Shown: piece after piece, positions 36,799-46,700 of the stretch | Layout: each line of letters opens with the position of its first letter | Numbering within the stretch: the stretch's first letter is position 1 | DNA from: Dehalococcoidia bacterium | Lineage (GTDB): Bacteria > Chloroflexota > Dehalococcoidia > SM23-28-2 | Assembly (NCBI GenBank): GCA_034429995.1 | Contig: DAOUEZ010000003.1 | Span: 187-64,186, forward strand | DNA length: 64,000 nt | Reading direction: 5' to 3' | Position numbers and translations under genes: made by a program | The notes under the pieces: model-generated | Database searches by the model: none | What the model saw: only the letters and a program-made list of their open reading frames with translations | What the model was told of the DNA's origin: nothing

Positions 36799-37575
36799 AT
36801 GAGCTTCGAGAGCATCCTCTACGAGAAGAAGGACCGTGTGGTCACGATTACTCTGGACCGGCCGCAGGTGCTGAACGCTTTCACGGTCACCATGGGTCAG
36901 GAGATGTTTGAGGCCTTCCATCAGGCTGGGGATGATGAGGACGCTGGTTGCATCGTCCTGACGGGCGCCGGTCGGGGCTTTTGCGCGGGGGCCGACGTGC
37001 GGGGATTCCAGGCCGACATCGAAAGGGGGACGCTGGGCAGTGTCCAGCCGCAGTCTGAGAGCCTCTGTCAGCTTATGTTCAACCTCAGGAAGCCGATCAT
37101 AGTCGCTGTCAACGGGCCGGCGGTGGGCGTAGGTTTCACCATGACCCTGCCCTGCGACATCCGGATCGCCTCCGACCGAGCTCGCTTCGGGCCGATATTC
37201 GTGCGCGTGGGCCTGATCCCCGAATTCGGCAGCACCTTTCTCCTGTCACGCCTGGTGGGCTTGGCCAAGGCCAAAGAACTCTGCCTCCTGGGCCGCATCA
37301 TCGAGGCGCAGGAGGCTCTGGACATTGGGCTGGTCAGCAAGGTGGTGCCCCACGAGGAGCTGATGCCCGAGGCGATGTCCCTGGCTATGGCGCTCGCCCA
37401 GGGGCCGACCCGCACCCTGGGGTTGGTGAAAGAAGTCTTGCACCAGGGGCTGGTGTCCGACCTGGCCAGCGCCGAGGCTCTAGAGGCGCGGATCCTGGCC
37501 GGCTGCGTGCGCTCGCCGGAGCACGCGGAGGGCGTTCGATCCTTCCTGGAGAAGCGACAGCCGCGATTCCACTAG
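36799..37575 (+). CDS. Enoyl-CoA hydratase/isomerase (crotonase family)
   Basis: Oxyanion-hole motif LTGAGRGFCAGADV. Confidence 0.85.
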   Translation: MSFESILYEKKDRVVTITLDRPQVLNAFTVTMGQEMFEAFHQAGDDEDAGCIVLTGAGRGFCAGADVRGFQADIERGTLGSVQPQSESLCQLMFNLRKPIIVAVNGPAVGVGFTMTLPCDIRIASDRARFGPIFVRVGLIPEFGSTFLLSRLVGLAKAKELCLLGRIIEAQEALDIGLVSKVVPHEELMPEAMSLAMALAQGPTRTLGLVKEVLHQGLVSDLASAEALEARILAGCVRSPEHAEGVRSFLEKRQPRFH

Positions 37576-37605
37576 AGCACAGGAGATGCAGCGGCTGCTT
37601 GCCCG

Positions 37606-38922
37606 CTACTCGAATGTGTACACCGGCCCGAAGTACTCCCACTTTCCCTTGCCGTCCTCCAGCACGACATGCTCCATAGGGCCGGCTTGGAGGGTATAGT
37701 GGTCGGTGTCGCTAATGGTGACAGTCACACCCTCCAGCAATAGACCACTGTGGTAGTCCCTTAGAGACTCGATGGCGTCCATCAGGCCTTGTCGGGTCAG
37801 ATTGTCACAGGTCCTGCTGAGGGCCTCGACCAACACCTCCGCGGTCAACTGGGCGTAGACGGTGAAAACACCAGGGGATGGTCCGTCGTAGTTGCGCATG
37901 ATCTCATGATGCTGGGCTATGGCCGGGTCGTCGGTGTCGTCCGGCGGCTTGAAGGCGTTGAATGAGATCAGGCCCTCTGCCAGCTCAGGGGAGACAAACT
38001 GAAACAGGATCGGATCGGAATTGGTGTAGCTAGCTAGGAATTGAGGATGCCAGCCCATGCGGTCGGCCTGTTTGATGGCCTGAGCAGTGAAACCGGGCGT
38101 GGTGTAGAGGATGACCACCTCAGCGCCGGAGCTCTTCATGTTGCTCACCTGAGAGCTGATGGAGACCGCCGTGGCCTCATAGCTTTGCTCGGAGACGAGC
38201 TCGTTCTTCTCGGGGTCGAGGCCAGCCTTCACCCCTGCCAGGCCATCCCAGCCGAGGTACTGGTTCTCCCAAAGGACGGCGACCTTCTTGCCGGGCAGAT
38301 TCTCGGAGATGTACCGGCCAAAGAAGGTCCCCTCGATGCGGTAGTCGGGCACGCCGCCAACCGTCCAGGGGTATTTGTCAGGCTCGGCACCATAGTTGTG
38401 CGCTCCCCCCGTGACGAACAGGTCTGGCACTCCCAGCTCGTTGAGGTAGGGCTGAACGCCGGAATGAGGCAGGTCGCCCACTGCTCCGAAAATGGCGAAT
38501 ACCTTGTCCCGCTCCAGCAGCTTGCGGGTCACCTCGAGGGCCTTGGCGGGGTCGTTGTTGTTGTCCTCTACCTTTAGGACGAGCTGGCGACCGCAGACGC
38601 CCCCCTGGGTCTCGTTGATCCACTTGAAGTAGGCTTGCTGCGTCTGAGGGAGCATGGAATAGACCGCTCCGAAGGTGCCACTGAGCATGGCGTGCTGGCC
38701 GAGGATTATCTCTGTGTCGGTGATGCCTGGTGCCGCTTCCCCCTCGCTGGGCGTAGCCGCTGGCGTGGCGGTGCCAGTGACGGTGGGAGTGGGGGTGGCG
38801 GCCTCCTCCTCTTCACCCTCGCAAGCTAATGTCAAAGGGATGGTGACCAGGCATGCCAAAAGCAAAATGGCGAAAAGGCTGCTACGCTTGCAGGCCATGA
38901 GTACATGCTCCATGGTTCTCAT
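37606..38922 (-). CDS. ABC transporter substrate-binding lipoprotein, LivJ/LivK family (paralog of 23385..24659)
   Basis: Lipobox LTLAC plus an acidic/TP-rich linker. The start is placed at ATG 38922, which has a GGAGGAG RBS. Confidence 0.8.
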   Translation of the reverse strand: MRTMEHVLMACKRSSLFAILLLACLVTIPLTLACEGEEEEAATPTPTVTGTATPAATPSEGEAAPGITDTEIILGQHAMLSGTFGAVYSMLPQTQQAYFKWINETQGGVCGRQLVLKVEDNNNDPAKALEVTRKLLERDKVFAIFGAVGDLPHSGVQPYLNELGVPDLFVTGGAHNYGAEPDKYPWTVGGVPDYRIEGTFFGRYISENLPGKKVAVLWENQYLGWDGLAGVKAGLDPEKNELVSEQSYEATAVSISSQVSNMKSSGAEVVILYTTPGFTAQAIKQADRMGWHPQFLASYTNSDPILFQFVSPELAEGLISFNAFKPPDDTDDPAIAQHHEIMRNYDGPSPGVFTVYAQLTAEVLVEALSRTCDNLTRQGLMDAIESLRDYHSGLLLEGVTVTISDTDHYTLQAGPMEHVVLEDGKGKWEYFGPVYTFE

Positions 38923-39074
38923 CCTTACTCCTCCGCATACGAGTCTAGCAGCATTGTAGACTGATAGCACTCAATGTCAACCATCAGCCAGGCCTTGACC
39001 ACGGCGGCGCTCAGATTGAAAGATCTGTTGCCCATGCTATACTAGCTATGTCAGGAGAGGAGGGGTTCTGAGGA

Positions 39075-39998
39075 TTGCACGGGCGGGACCTCATATCTAT
39101 TGCTGATCTGTCCCCGCGGGACATCCAGCGGGTCGTGGACACGGCCCTGGTGATGAAGAACGGCCACTCGTCGCCCGTGCTGAAGGGGAGGAACCTAGCC
39201 CTTCTGTTCGAGAAGCCATCCCTGCGCACGCGGGTGAGCTTCGAGGTGGCGATGGAGCAACTGGGCGGCCACGCTCTGTACCTATCCCCGGGGGAGGTAG
39301 GCCTGGGCGAGCGAGAGCCTGTGGCGGACGTGGCGCGGGTTCTCAGTCGCTACGTGGACGTCATCGCCGCGCGTACCTTCAAGCATCAGACGGTGGAAGA
39401 ACTGGCTCGCTGGGCTGACGTCCCGGTGATAAATGCCCTCTCCGATGGTGAGCACCCCTGTCAGGCCCTGGCTGATCTGCTGACCATCTACGAGAAGAAG
39501 GGCCGCTGGCGGGGCCTCGTCCTCTCCTTCGTGGGCGATGGCAACAATGTTGCCCGTTCGCTCATGCTGGGGGCGACCTTGGTAGGAATGGACTTTCGAA
39601 TTGCTGCGCCCCAGGGCTACCGCATATCGACAGCGCTGGTGGACAAGGCAGAGAGCTTAGCGGCTACTTCGGGGGCTGCAATTGTCTGTGTCGAGTCGCC
39701 TCAGGAGGCGGTTCGCGGTGCCGATGTCATTTATACTGATGTCTGGATGAGCATGGGACAGGAGGAGGAGGGCGTTGAGCGGAGGCGGGCCTTCGCCGGC
39801 TATCAGGTGAATGCCGAACTGCTGGCCCTGGCCGCGCCCGACGCCATCGTGATGCATGATCTGCCTGCCCATCGCGGTGAGGAGATAGCGGACGAGGTGA
39901 TCGAGGGGTCTCAATCGGTGGTGTTCGACCAGGCGGAGAACAGGCTGCACGCCCAGAAAGCCGTCTTGGCTCTTATCCTGGGTGGAGAGGGGGTCTAA
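39075..39998 (+). CDS. argF: Ornithine carbamoyltransferase
   Basis: Motifs [13 protein letters not shown] and the [10 protein letters not shown] region. TTG start. Confidence 0.85.
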   Translation: MHGRDLISIADLSPRDIQRVVDTALVMKNGHSSPVLKGRNLALLFEKPSLRTRVSFEVAMEQLGGHALYLSPGEVGLGEREPVADVARVLSRYVDVIAARTFKHQTVEELARWADVPVINALSDGEHPCQALADLLTIYEKKGRWRGLVLSFVGDGNNVARSLMLGATLVGMDFRIAAPQGYRISTALVDKAESLAATSGAAIVCVESPQEAVRGADVIYTDVWMSMGQEEEGVERRRAFAGYQVNAELLALAAPDAIVMHDLPAHRGEEIADEVIEGSQSVVFDQAENRLHAQKAVLALILGGEGV

Positions 39999-40003
39999 GG
40001 AAT

Positions 40004-40828
40004 ATGGGCGGCTTCATCAACAGGATCGAGGACGCTCTAGGGCAGTTCGGGCCGGCTAGTGTTGTCGACATTCTGATCATCGCTGGCATCGTCTATCTCG
40101 TTCTTCTGATCATGCGGGGAACGACCGCCGTCTATCTGGCGCGGGGCATTGTCATCCTCCTGGCGATGGCCTTCGTTCTGGTAAGGTTTTTCGAGCTTAC
40201 GGTTCTGGAATGGCTCGTCCGCAACTCCTTCCCGGCCCTATTGATCGCCATCCCCATCATCTTCCAGCCGGAGATCCGCCGCTTCCTGGAGCGGGTAGGG
40301 CGCACCGGCCGCTTGGGGCGGGCGCTGTTTGCCGGCTACGATAGTGTGCTCGACGCTGTGATCGAGGCCTCGGACAATCTCTCGCAGCACCGCCACGGCG
40401 CTCTAATGGTGCTGGAGCGGGAGACGGGGCTGGAGGACTACGCCGATACAGGCGTGCGGCTCGGTGCCGCACCCTCTGTGGAGCTCCTGGAGGGTCTCTT
40501 CTATCCCAACTCCCCCCTTCACGACGGTGCGGTGATCCTCAGGGGCGATCAGGTGGTGGCTGCCGGCTGTACTCTCCCCCTGTCGGATAGAGTGGAGCGC
40601 GGTCACATGGGCACCCGTCATCGGGCGGCCTTGGGCATCAGCGAACGGACGGATGCTGTGGCCATCGTTGTTTCCGAGGAAAGGGGCGACATCTCGGTGG
40701 CAGCGAACGGGCGGATGATCTCCCGGCTGGAAAAGGCCCGTGTGCGTGCTATCCTGCGAAGCCTGTTCAGCGCTGCCTGGGAGCGGGACCGTGCCGCCGT
40801 CCGTGGCCTGGGACGGTTCTGGCGATGA
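40004..40828 (+). CDS. cdaA: Diadenylate cyclase CdaA
   Basis: N-terminal TM helices and a DAC domain (DGAVIL, TRHRAALG). Confidence 0.85.
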   Translation: MGGFINRIEDALGQFGPASVVDILIIAGIVYLVLLIMRGTTAVYLARGIVILLAMAFVLVRFFELTVLEWLVRNSFPALLIAIPIIFQPEIRRFLERVGRTGRLGRALFAGYDSVLDAVIEASDNLSQHRHGALMVLERETGLEDYADTGVRLGAAPSVELLEGLFYPNSPLHDGAVILRGDQVVAAGCTLPLSDRVERGHMGTRHRAALGISERTDAVAIVVSEERGDISVAANGRMISRLEKARVRAILRSLFSAAWERDRAAVRGLGRFWR

Positions 40829-40872
40829 GCGGTAAGGCGATCTTCCGCCGTCCATTCTGACGAAACTGTGGG

Positions 40873-42174
40873 GTGACTGCATTGGTGCGTCTGCTGCGGG
40901 AGTTCTTCAGAGCTGGCGGAGCCATAATCGCCGCTGCTGTCGGGTCGGTCAGGCGGAACCTTGGTCTTGCTGTCCTGTCGGTGGCTCTGGCCTTCGGCGT
41001 GTGGATGTTCATTACTGACACTGAGCATCCTACGCGGACAGGAGTTTTCCCGGTGGACATCCCGGTAGAGCCTGTCAACATGCCCGAGGGCCTGACTCTT
41101 GGCGGCCCGCTGGGCGACGTAGCCCTGCGCATGGAGGCAGATGAAGACCTGTGGGACCAGCTCACAGCCAGCGACTTCAAAGCTACCGTGAACCTGCTGG
41201 GAGCGCAGATAGGTACCCAAGACGTGGAGGTGCAGGTTGAGCCGCTGGGTGAGCGCAACGGGCTGCGCATAATCGAGGTCATACCGACGTTGCACTCGGC
41301 GGGAGCGCCGCCAGGGACGGTGAGCGTCGAACTGAAGCCCCTAGTCAGCCAGGTCGTGTCTGTGTCGATGGACGTGGTGGGAATGCCTCCCATGGGGTAC
41401 GAGCCCTCTGCTCCCACAATCGATCCTGATCAGGTGGTGGTGTCTGGCCCCGAGGAGCTGGTGAGCCGCGTATCAGTGGCTGTGGCCAGCGTCGACCTGT
41501 CGGGCGTAGTGAGCGACGTACGGGCTGCCTTTTCGCTGGTGCCACGCGATGATAGTGGCTTCATTGTGGAGGGGGTTACTCTCGATCCTAGCAGCGTCGA
41601 CATCGAGATAACGGTGGAGCAAAAACGCTTCAGTCGCCTGGTGGTGGTCAGCCCCTCCCTGCAGGGCAGCCCGGCCGCCGGCTACAACGTGACGGCGGTG
41701 GAGCTGGACCCGGCCAGTGTCACCCTGCTGGGCCCGCTGGAGCTGCTGAATGTCACCAGTTTTGTGGTAACCGATGATATCGATATCACGGGCGCCACCA
41801 GCGACATAAGTCGGATCGTCAACATAGTTGGGCTGCATCCAGGCGTCAGCATAAGTGGATCGGGCACCGTCACCGTGCGGGTACGCATCGCTGCCGGTCA
41901 GGGCGAGGCCACCTTCGGGGTGGCACCCCAGTGGACGGGGCTGGCCAGCGACCTGCGGGTGGTGAGCATCACTGCCCTGGTGGAGGTGACGCTCGAGGGT
42001 GAGCTGCCGACGCTGCGAAACGTCGCGCCCGATCAGGTGACGGCGAGCGTTGGCCTATCGGGCTTGGGCGCTGGTAGCCATCGCTTGGAGCCGCAGGTGG
42101 AAGCGCCCGACGGATTGCAGGTGGTCAACATATCGCCCAGCTCAGTCGAGGTGGTGCTGGAGGCAGCGCCATGA
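40873..42174 (+). CDS. cdaR: CdaA regulatory protein CdaR (YbbR-domain repeats)
   Basis: Signal-anchor sequence followed by repeated YbbR-like beta domains. Located directly downstream of cdaA. Confidence 0.7.
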   Translation: MTALVRLLREFFRAGGAIIAAAVGSVRRNLGLAVLSVALAFGVWMFITDTEHPTRTGVFPVDIPVEPVNMPEGLTLGGPLGDVALRMEADEDLWDQLTASDFKATVNLLGAQIGTQDVEVQVEPLGERNGLRIIEVIPTLHSAGAPPGTVSVELKPLVSQVVSVSMDVVGMPPMGYEPSAPTIDPDQVVVSGPEELVSRVSVAVASVDLSGVVSDVRAAFSLVPRDDSGFIVEGVTLDPSSVDIEITVEQKRFSRLVVVSPSLQGSPAAGYNVTAVELDPASVTLLGPLELLNVTSFVVTDDIDITGATSDISRIVNIVGLHPGVSISGSGTVTVRVRIAAGQGEATFGVAPQWTGLASDLRVVSITALVEVTLEGELPTLRNVAPDQVTASVGLSGLGAGSHRLEPQVEAPDGLQVVNISPSSVEVVLEAAP

Positions 42175-43544
42175 GGGAGGCTAGCCCCCTGGCCGAGGAG
42201 CGTACTCAGGGGAAGGGGCCGACGGCAGCCCAGAAGCCGCTGGCAGCTATCGTTGGCCGCCCCAATGTCGGCAAATCGGCCCTATTCAACAGACTCATTG
42301 GTTCCCGCAAGGCCCTGGTGGAGGACATTCCTGGCACCACCCGCGACCGCCTCTACGCCGATGTGGAGTGGGGGGAGCAAGTGTTCACCCTGATCGATAC
42401 CGGTGGCCTGGACCCTAGCGGCGAGGAGGGCTACATCCCCCTGGTGAAGCGACAGGTGGAGGTGGCCCTGGCCGAGGCTGATGTCATCGTCCTGGTGGTG
42501 GACGCCCATGATGGCCTCACCGCCATCGACTTAGAGATCGCCGACCTTCTGCGGCGAGCAGGCAAGCCGCTGGTTCTGGTAGCCAACAAGGCTGACAACG
42601 AGGCTCGTCGGGAGGCGGCAGTACAGTTCTACGAGTTGGCCCTGGGCGACCCCATCCCAGTGAGTGCCTACCATGGCCTGGGCCTGCCCGAACTGATGGA
42701 CAGTCTAGTTCTGCTTCTTCCTGCCGGGGCAGTGGCGGCCGTCCCCGCTGGCCTGCGTTTGGCCATTCTCGGCCGACCGAATGTGGGCAAGTCCCTGCTT
42801 CTTAACGCTATCCTGGGCCAGGAGCGGGTGATCGTCAGCGAGGAGCCGGGAACCACTCGCGATGCCATAGACATAGCTTTCCGCTATCAGAAGCGAGAGC
42901 TGGTGCTGGTCGACACGGCCGGCATCCGTCGCCGTGGGCGCATTCAGGCTGGTGTGGAGAAGCACAGCGTTCTGCGGGCTCAGCAGGCCATCGATAGGGG
43001 CGATGTGGCCCTTCTGGTGACCGATGCCAGCGACGGGATCACCGCCCAGGATACTCACATCGCCGGCTATGTAGCCGAGGCGGTCAAGGGCCTGGTGGTC
43101 GGCATCAATAAGTGGGACCTCATGCCCGACGACGGCGAGACGCGGGCAGCCTTCGCCAAAGCGGCGCGGGCCCGTCTGCGCTTCCTGCCTTGGGCTCCTT
43201 TGTGCTTCATTTCGGCCAAGGAGGACACTGGCATCGATGAACTGCTCGATGCAGCCCTGGCGGCGGGGGCGGCCCGCGAGCAGCGGGTGGCTACCGCTGA
43301 ACTGAACGTCGCCATGCGCAAGGCTGTGGCTGCCCATGGCCCACCCTCTGTCCAAGGACAGCGGCTGAAATTGCTCTACGTGACCCAGGCCCAGACGCGG
43401 CCGCCCACCTTTGTCTTCTTTGTTAACGATCCCTCCCTCCTCCACTTTTCCTATCGACGCTATCTGGAGAACTCCATCCGCAAGGCTTTTGGCTTCCAGG
43501 GAACGGCTGTGAAACTGATCTTCCGCCGTCGGGCCGAGGGCTAG
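42171..43544 (+). CDS. der: Ribosome-associated GTPase Der (EngA)
   Basis: Two G-domains (GRPNVGKS twice) and a KH-like C-terminus. ATGA overlap with cdaR. Confidence 0.9.
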   Translation: MREASPLAEERTQGKGPTAAQKPLAAIVGRPNVGKSALFNRLIGSRKALVEDIPGTTRDRLYADVEWGEQVFTLIDTGGLDPSGEEGYIPLVKRQVEVALAEADVIVLVVDAHDGLTAIDLEIADLLRRAGKPLVLVANKADNEARREAAVQFYELALGDPIPVSAYHGLGLPELMDSLVLLLPAGAVAAVPAGLRLAILGRPNVGKSLLLNAILGQERVIVSEEPGTTRDAIDIAFRYQKRELVLVDTAGIRRRGRIQAGVEKHSVLRAQQAIDRGDVALLVTDASDGITAQDTHIAGYVAEAVKGLVVGINKWDLMPDDGETRAAFAKAARARLRFLPWAPLCFISAKEDTGIDELLDAALAAGAAREQRVATAELNVAMRKAVAAHGPPSVQGQRLKLLYVTQAQTRPPTFVFFVNDPSLLHFSYRRYLENSIRKAFGFQGTAVKLIFRRRAEG

Positions 43545-43547
43545 GGG

Positions 43548-44216
43548 ATGATCTGGCAATACGTCGTTGTGGCCGTGGCGAGCTACTTGATGGGGACCAT
43601 CCCCAGCGGCTGGCTGGCGGGAAAGCTCACGCGAGGCATCGATATTCGCGATTACGGCAGCGGGGCGACGGGTACCGCCAATGTGCTGCGCAGCCTGGGG
43701 CTTCGGCCGGCTCTCTTGGTTCTCTTGGCCGACGTCCTCAAGGCCTATGTGGCCGTCCTTGCTACCTGGTACATCTTTGAGCCTTATGAGGGGGCGAACA
43801 CGGCCCATAACCTGCAGGCGGTAGCGGGGGTGGCTGCTATCATCGGGCACGATTGGCCGGCATACCTTGGGTTTAGGGGAGGTAAGGGGGTGGCAGCAAC
43901 TTACGGGGCCTTCGCTGCCATGCTCTTCTTTCCCCTGACCGTCCCCGGTCTGCTGGCGGTGGCGGTGGCCATCGTTCTGACTTTTCGCTATATGTCTCTC
44001 ATGTCGGTGAGCACTGTTCTTATGGGAGGAACTGCCTTCTTAGGGCTGGCACTGGCGGGCGTCGTTCCTTACGTCTTCGCCATATTCGGCGGTATTGCGT
44101 CGGCACTGGTGTTATTCCAGCATCGGGAGAACATTCAGCGGCTGCTGGCTGGCACGGAGCCCAAGATGGGCCAGGGGGGACGAAGACGCCTTCAGAGGCC
44201 TCCACAAAGGGTGTAA
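43548..44216 (+). CDS. plsY: Glycerol-3-phosphate acyltransferase PlsY
   Basis: Motifs GSGATGTANVLRSLG and HRENIQRLL. Confidence 0.85.
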   Translation: MIWQYVVVAVASYLMGTIPSGWLAGKLTRGIDIRDYGSGATGTANVLRSLGLRPALLVLLADVLKAYVAVLATWYIFEPYEGANTAHNLQAVAGVAAIIGHDWPAYLGFRGGKGVAATYGAFAAMLFFPLTVPGLLAVAVAIVLTFRYMSLMSVSTVLMGGTAFLGLALAGVVPYVFAIFGGIASALVLFQHRENIQRLLAGTEPKMGQGGRRRLQRPPQRV

Positions 44217-44242
44217 CCATTTCATAAAATGTAAGCGGGGAG

Positions 44243-45163
44243 ATGGCGACCTTTCGGGAGTATCTGGCCGAGCTGAAAGACGAAGGCCGGCCGCTAAGGG
44301 CGACCAGTCTGGTGTACCTGTCTCATTTGGCCGACGAGCAGGAGAAGGCGTTTCTGGAAGTCTGGCCTCAGATTCAGAGCGAGCGCCGTCGCCAGGTGGT
44401 GGATCAGCTAGTGGAATTGGCCGAAGATAACGTAGAGGTCAACTTCGACGCTATCTTTCTGGCCTGCCTCTCCGACGCCGACTCCCAGGTGAGGGCGGTT
44501 GCCATTCGCGGCCTGTGGGAGTATGAGCATCGCGACCTCATTGAACCACTCATTGGCTTGTTCCAATCGGATGACAATGCGGCGGTGAGAGCGGAAGCGG
44601 CTCTAGCTCTGGGCCGCTTCATTCTTCAGTGCGAGCTCGGCTCCCTGCCCGATCGCTACTTTCGCGAGGTGGAGCAGGCGCTGCGCCGGGCCATCGACGA
44701 CGACGGCGAGGAACTGGAGGTGCGGTGCAGGGCCCTGGAGGCCATCGGCGCCTCTAGCCTGCCCTGGGTTCGGCGGGCTATCCACAGGGCCTACAAGAGC
44801 AACAGCCAGCGCCTTAGGGTGAGCGGTATCCATGCCATGGGCCGCAACTGCGACCCCTCATGGCTGCCCATCCTTTTGCAGGAGCTGAGAAGCGACGACC
44901 CCGAGATGCGCTATGAAGCGGCCCTGGCCTGTGGCTCGCTGGCTGAGGAGGCGGCGGTTCCCCATCTGACTCCCCTATTAGAAGATGAGGACACCGAGGT
45001 GAGGGAGGTGACCATCGTTGCCTTGGGGGGGATCGGCGGCCGCCAGGCCAGGTCTATCCTCCTGCGCTATTTGGATCACCCCTCACGCAGCATGCGAGAG
45101 GCGGTGGAGGAAGCTCTTTCGCTAGTGGATTTCGACGAGGACCCTCCCTCCTTTAGCCGTTAA
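44243..45163 (+). CDS. HEAT-repeat (PBS-lyase-like) protein
   Basis: Repeated DxxVRxxAIxALG motifs. Confidence 0.7.
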   Translation: MATFREYLAELKDEGRPLRATSLVYLSHLADEQEKAFLEVWPQIQSERRRQVVDQLVELAEDNVEVNFDAIFLACLSDADSQVRAVAIRGLWEYEHRDLIEPLIGLFQSDDNAAVRAEAALALGRFILQCELGSLPDRYFREVEQALRRAIDDDGEELEVRCRALEAIGASSLPWVRRAIHRAYKSNSQRLRVSGIHAMGRNCDPSWLPILLQELRSDDPEMRYEAALACGSLAEEAAVPHLTPLLEDEDTEVREVTIVALGGIGGRQARSILLRYLDHPSRSMREAVEEALSLVDFDEDPPSFSR

Positions 45164-45169
45164 CCCTAG

Positions 45170-45631
45170 ATGGCCAAGGGTACATCGTCCAAGAAGTTGC
45201 CGTTAGAGAGGGCCGTCTCGGCCGGGGGCGTGGTCTATCAGCGAGGGCGAGAAGGTATCGAGGTAGTGCTCTGCGGCCGCACGAGCGAGGGCATATGGGG
45301 CCTCCCCAAGGGGACGCCCAACGCCAACGAGAGCCTGGAGGAAGCGGCTGTACGCGAGGTAAGGGAGGAGACGGGCTTGCAGGTGGCCATCGAGGCGAAG
45401 ATCGGTACCATCGAGTACTGGTTTGCCAGGGAGGGTGTGCGCTATCATAAGTTCGTCCATCACTATCTGATGGTCAGCACTGGCGGCAGCCTTGAGGACC
45501 ACGACTGGGAGTACGATAGGGTCGGCTGGTTCCCGCTGGAGGAGGCTTGTAAGACCCTGAGCTATGCCAATGAGGTGGAGGTTGTGCGCAAGGCAGGGGC
45601 CCTCATCGAGGGCCAGGGAGAGCGGTCGTGA
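45170..45631 (+). CDS. NUDIX hydrolase
   Basis: Nudix box GTPNANESLEEAAVREVREETGL. Confidence 0.8.
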   Translation: MAKGTSSKKLPLERAVSAGGVVYQRGREGIEVVLCGRTSEGIWGLPKGTPNANESLEEAAVREVREETGLQVAIEAKIGTIEYWFAREGVRYHKFVHHYLMVSTGGSLEDHDWEYDRVGWFPLEEACKTLSYANEVEVVRKAGALIEGQGERS

Positions 45632-46173
45632 ACACATCCGCTGACGATGTGGTTGCGCGTGGCCGCAGGGTTATCCTTCGCCGTAAGCGCCTATCCGATG
45701 CCAAGGACGACTACGCGTGGCGCAGCGACGAGGAGCTGGCACGCTACGACGCTGTACCGCCGCTACGTCTCTCCTTCTCCGACTTCCTGGCCTCCTTGCA
45801 GGCACAGCTCCGCTATCCTGATGCCGCGCGGCGCTCCTATGCCATCGAGGACGAGGGCGGTCGTCACATCGGTAACGCCATGTACTACAACCTGAAGGAA
45901 GCGACGGGCGAGGCTGAGCTGGGCATCACCATCGGCGACCGCCGCTACTGGGATCAGGGCTACGGCAGCGACGCTGTGCAGGCTCTGGTGAGGCTGGTGT
46001 TCAGGGAGAAGGGGCTGCGACGGGTGTTCCTTCACACCCTCGACTGGAACGTGCGCGCTCAGCGTTGCTTCCAGAAGGCGGGGTTCGTGCCCCGCGGCCC
46101 GGTACAGCGCGATGGCCACAACTTCTTGCTGATGGAAGCGCTACAACGGCTGGGACAGGCGGCTAGCCGGTAG
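45628..46173 (+). CDS. GNAT family N-acetyltransferase (RimJ/RimL-like)
   Basis: The region WDQGYGSDAVQALVRLVF...CFQKAGF is typical of GNAT. 4 nt overlap with the NUDIX gene. Confidence 0.75.
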   Translation: MNTSADDVVARGRRVILRRKRLSDAKDDYAWRSDEELARYDAVPPLRLSFSDFLASLQAQLRYPDAARRSYAIEDEGGRHIGNAMYYNLKEATGEAELGITIGDRRYWDQGYGSDAVQALVRLVFREKGLRRVFLHTLDWNVRAQRCFQKAGFVPRGPVQRDGHNFLLMEALQRLGQAASR

Positions 46174-46181
46174 GAAAAGAA

Positions 46182-46217
46182 GCGGGCGGACAACGAAGCA
46201 GGATCGCCATCCGCCCG
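46182..46217. terminator. Stem-loop between convergent GNAT and MaoC genes
   Basis: GCGGGCGGA...(19 nt loop)...TCCGCCCG. Confidence 0.25.
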
Positions 46218-46254
46218 TATCTTCTCTGTATGCGGTAGCCGTCCGCTATTCTTC

Positions 46255-46689
46255 CTACTGCGCTCGCGAGGGCAGAGACACCACGCCGGTGCCCGGCGTC
46301 GTCTTTTGCCCCTGAGGGGTCTCGGCCCAAATCTCCAGCTCCACGATGTTCTCGCCGCCCTGCTGAGACTTCTTGGTGATGCGGCCGTGGCAGATGACGT
46401 CCTCATTGACCATATCCATGCCGCGGTACTGACAGGCCACGCGCTTGACCCGACCTTGGTCACCCACCCACTCGTGGAGCAGGCGGCCTAGCAGGGCGTG
46501 TTTGAGGGCGCCGTGGGTGATGCGGTCGGGCAGGCCAGTGCCCTGGGCGAAGTCCTTGTCGTAGTGAATCTGATAGAAGTCGCCGGAGCCGGCCGCCCAC
46601 ATCACCAGGCGCTGGGAGGTGCACTTCTCGGTGAGCGAGGGTATCTCCTGCCCCTCTTGGACGTCTTCGAAGTAGACCTGGTCGCTCAT
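46255..46689 (-). CDS. MaoC-like (R)-specific enoyl-CoA hydratase, hotdog fold
   Basis: Hotdog dehydratase region with a catalytic-region DxxxxH-like motif (YDKDFAQGTGLPDRITHG). Confidence 0.75.
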   Translation of the reverse strand: MSDQVYFEDVQEGQEIPSLTEKCTSQRLVMWAAGSGDFYQIHYDKDFAQGTGLPDRITHGALKHALLGRLLHEWVGDQGRVKRVACQYRGMDMVNEDVICHGRITKKSQQGGENIVELEIWAETPQGQKTTPGTGVVSLPSRAQ

Positions 46690-46700
46690 GCTCTCTCCTC

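Noticed and set aside
38971-39074. ARG box (ArgR operator) upstream of argF
   Set aside because: A TATACT -10-like box is present, but nothing matches the TNTGAATWWWWATTCANW consensus. There is no support for an operator.
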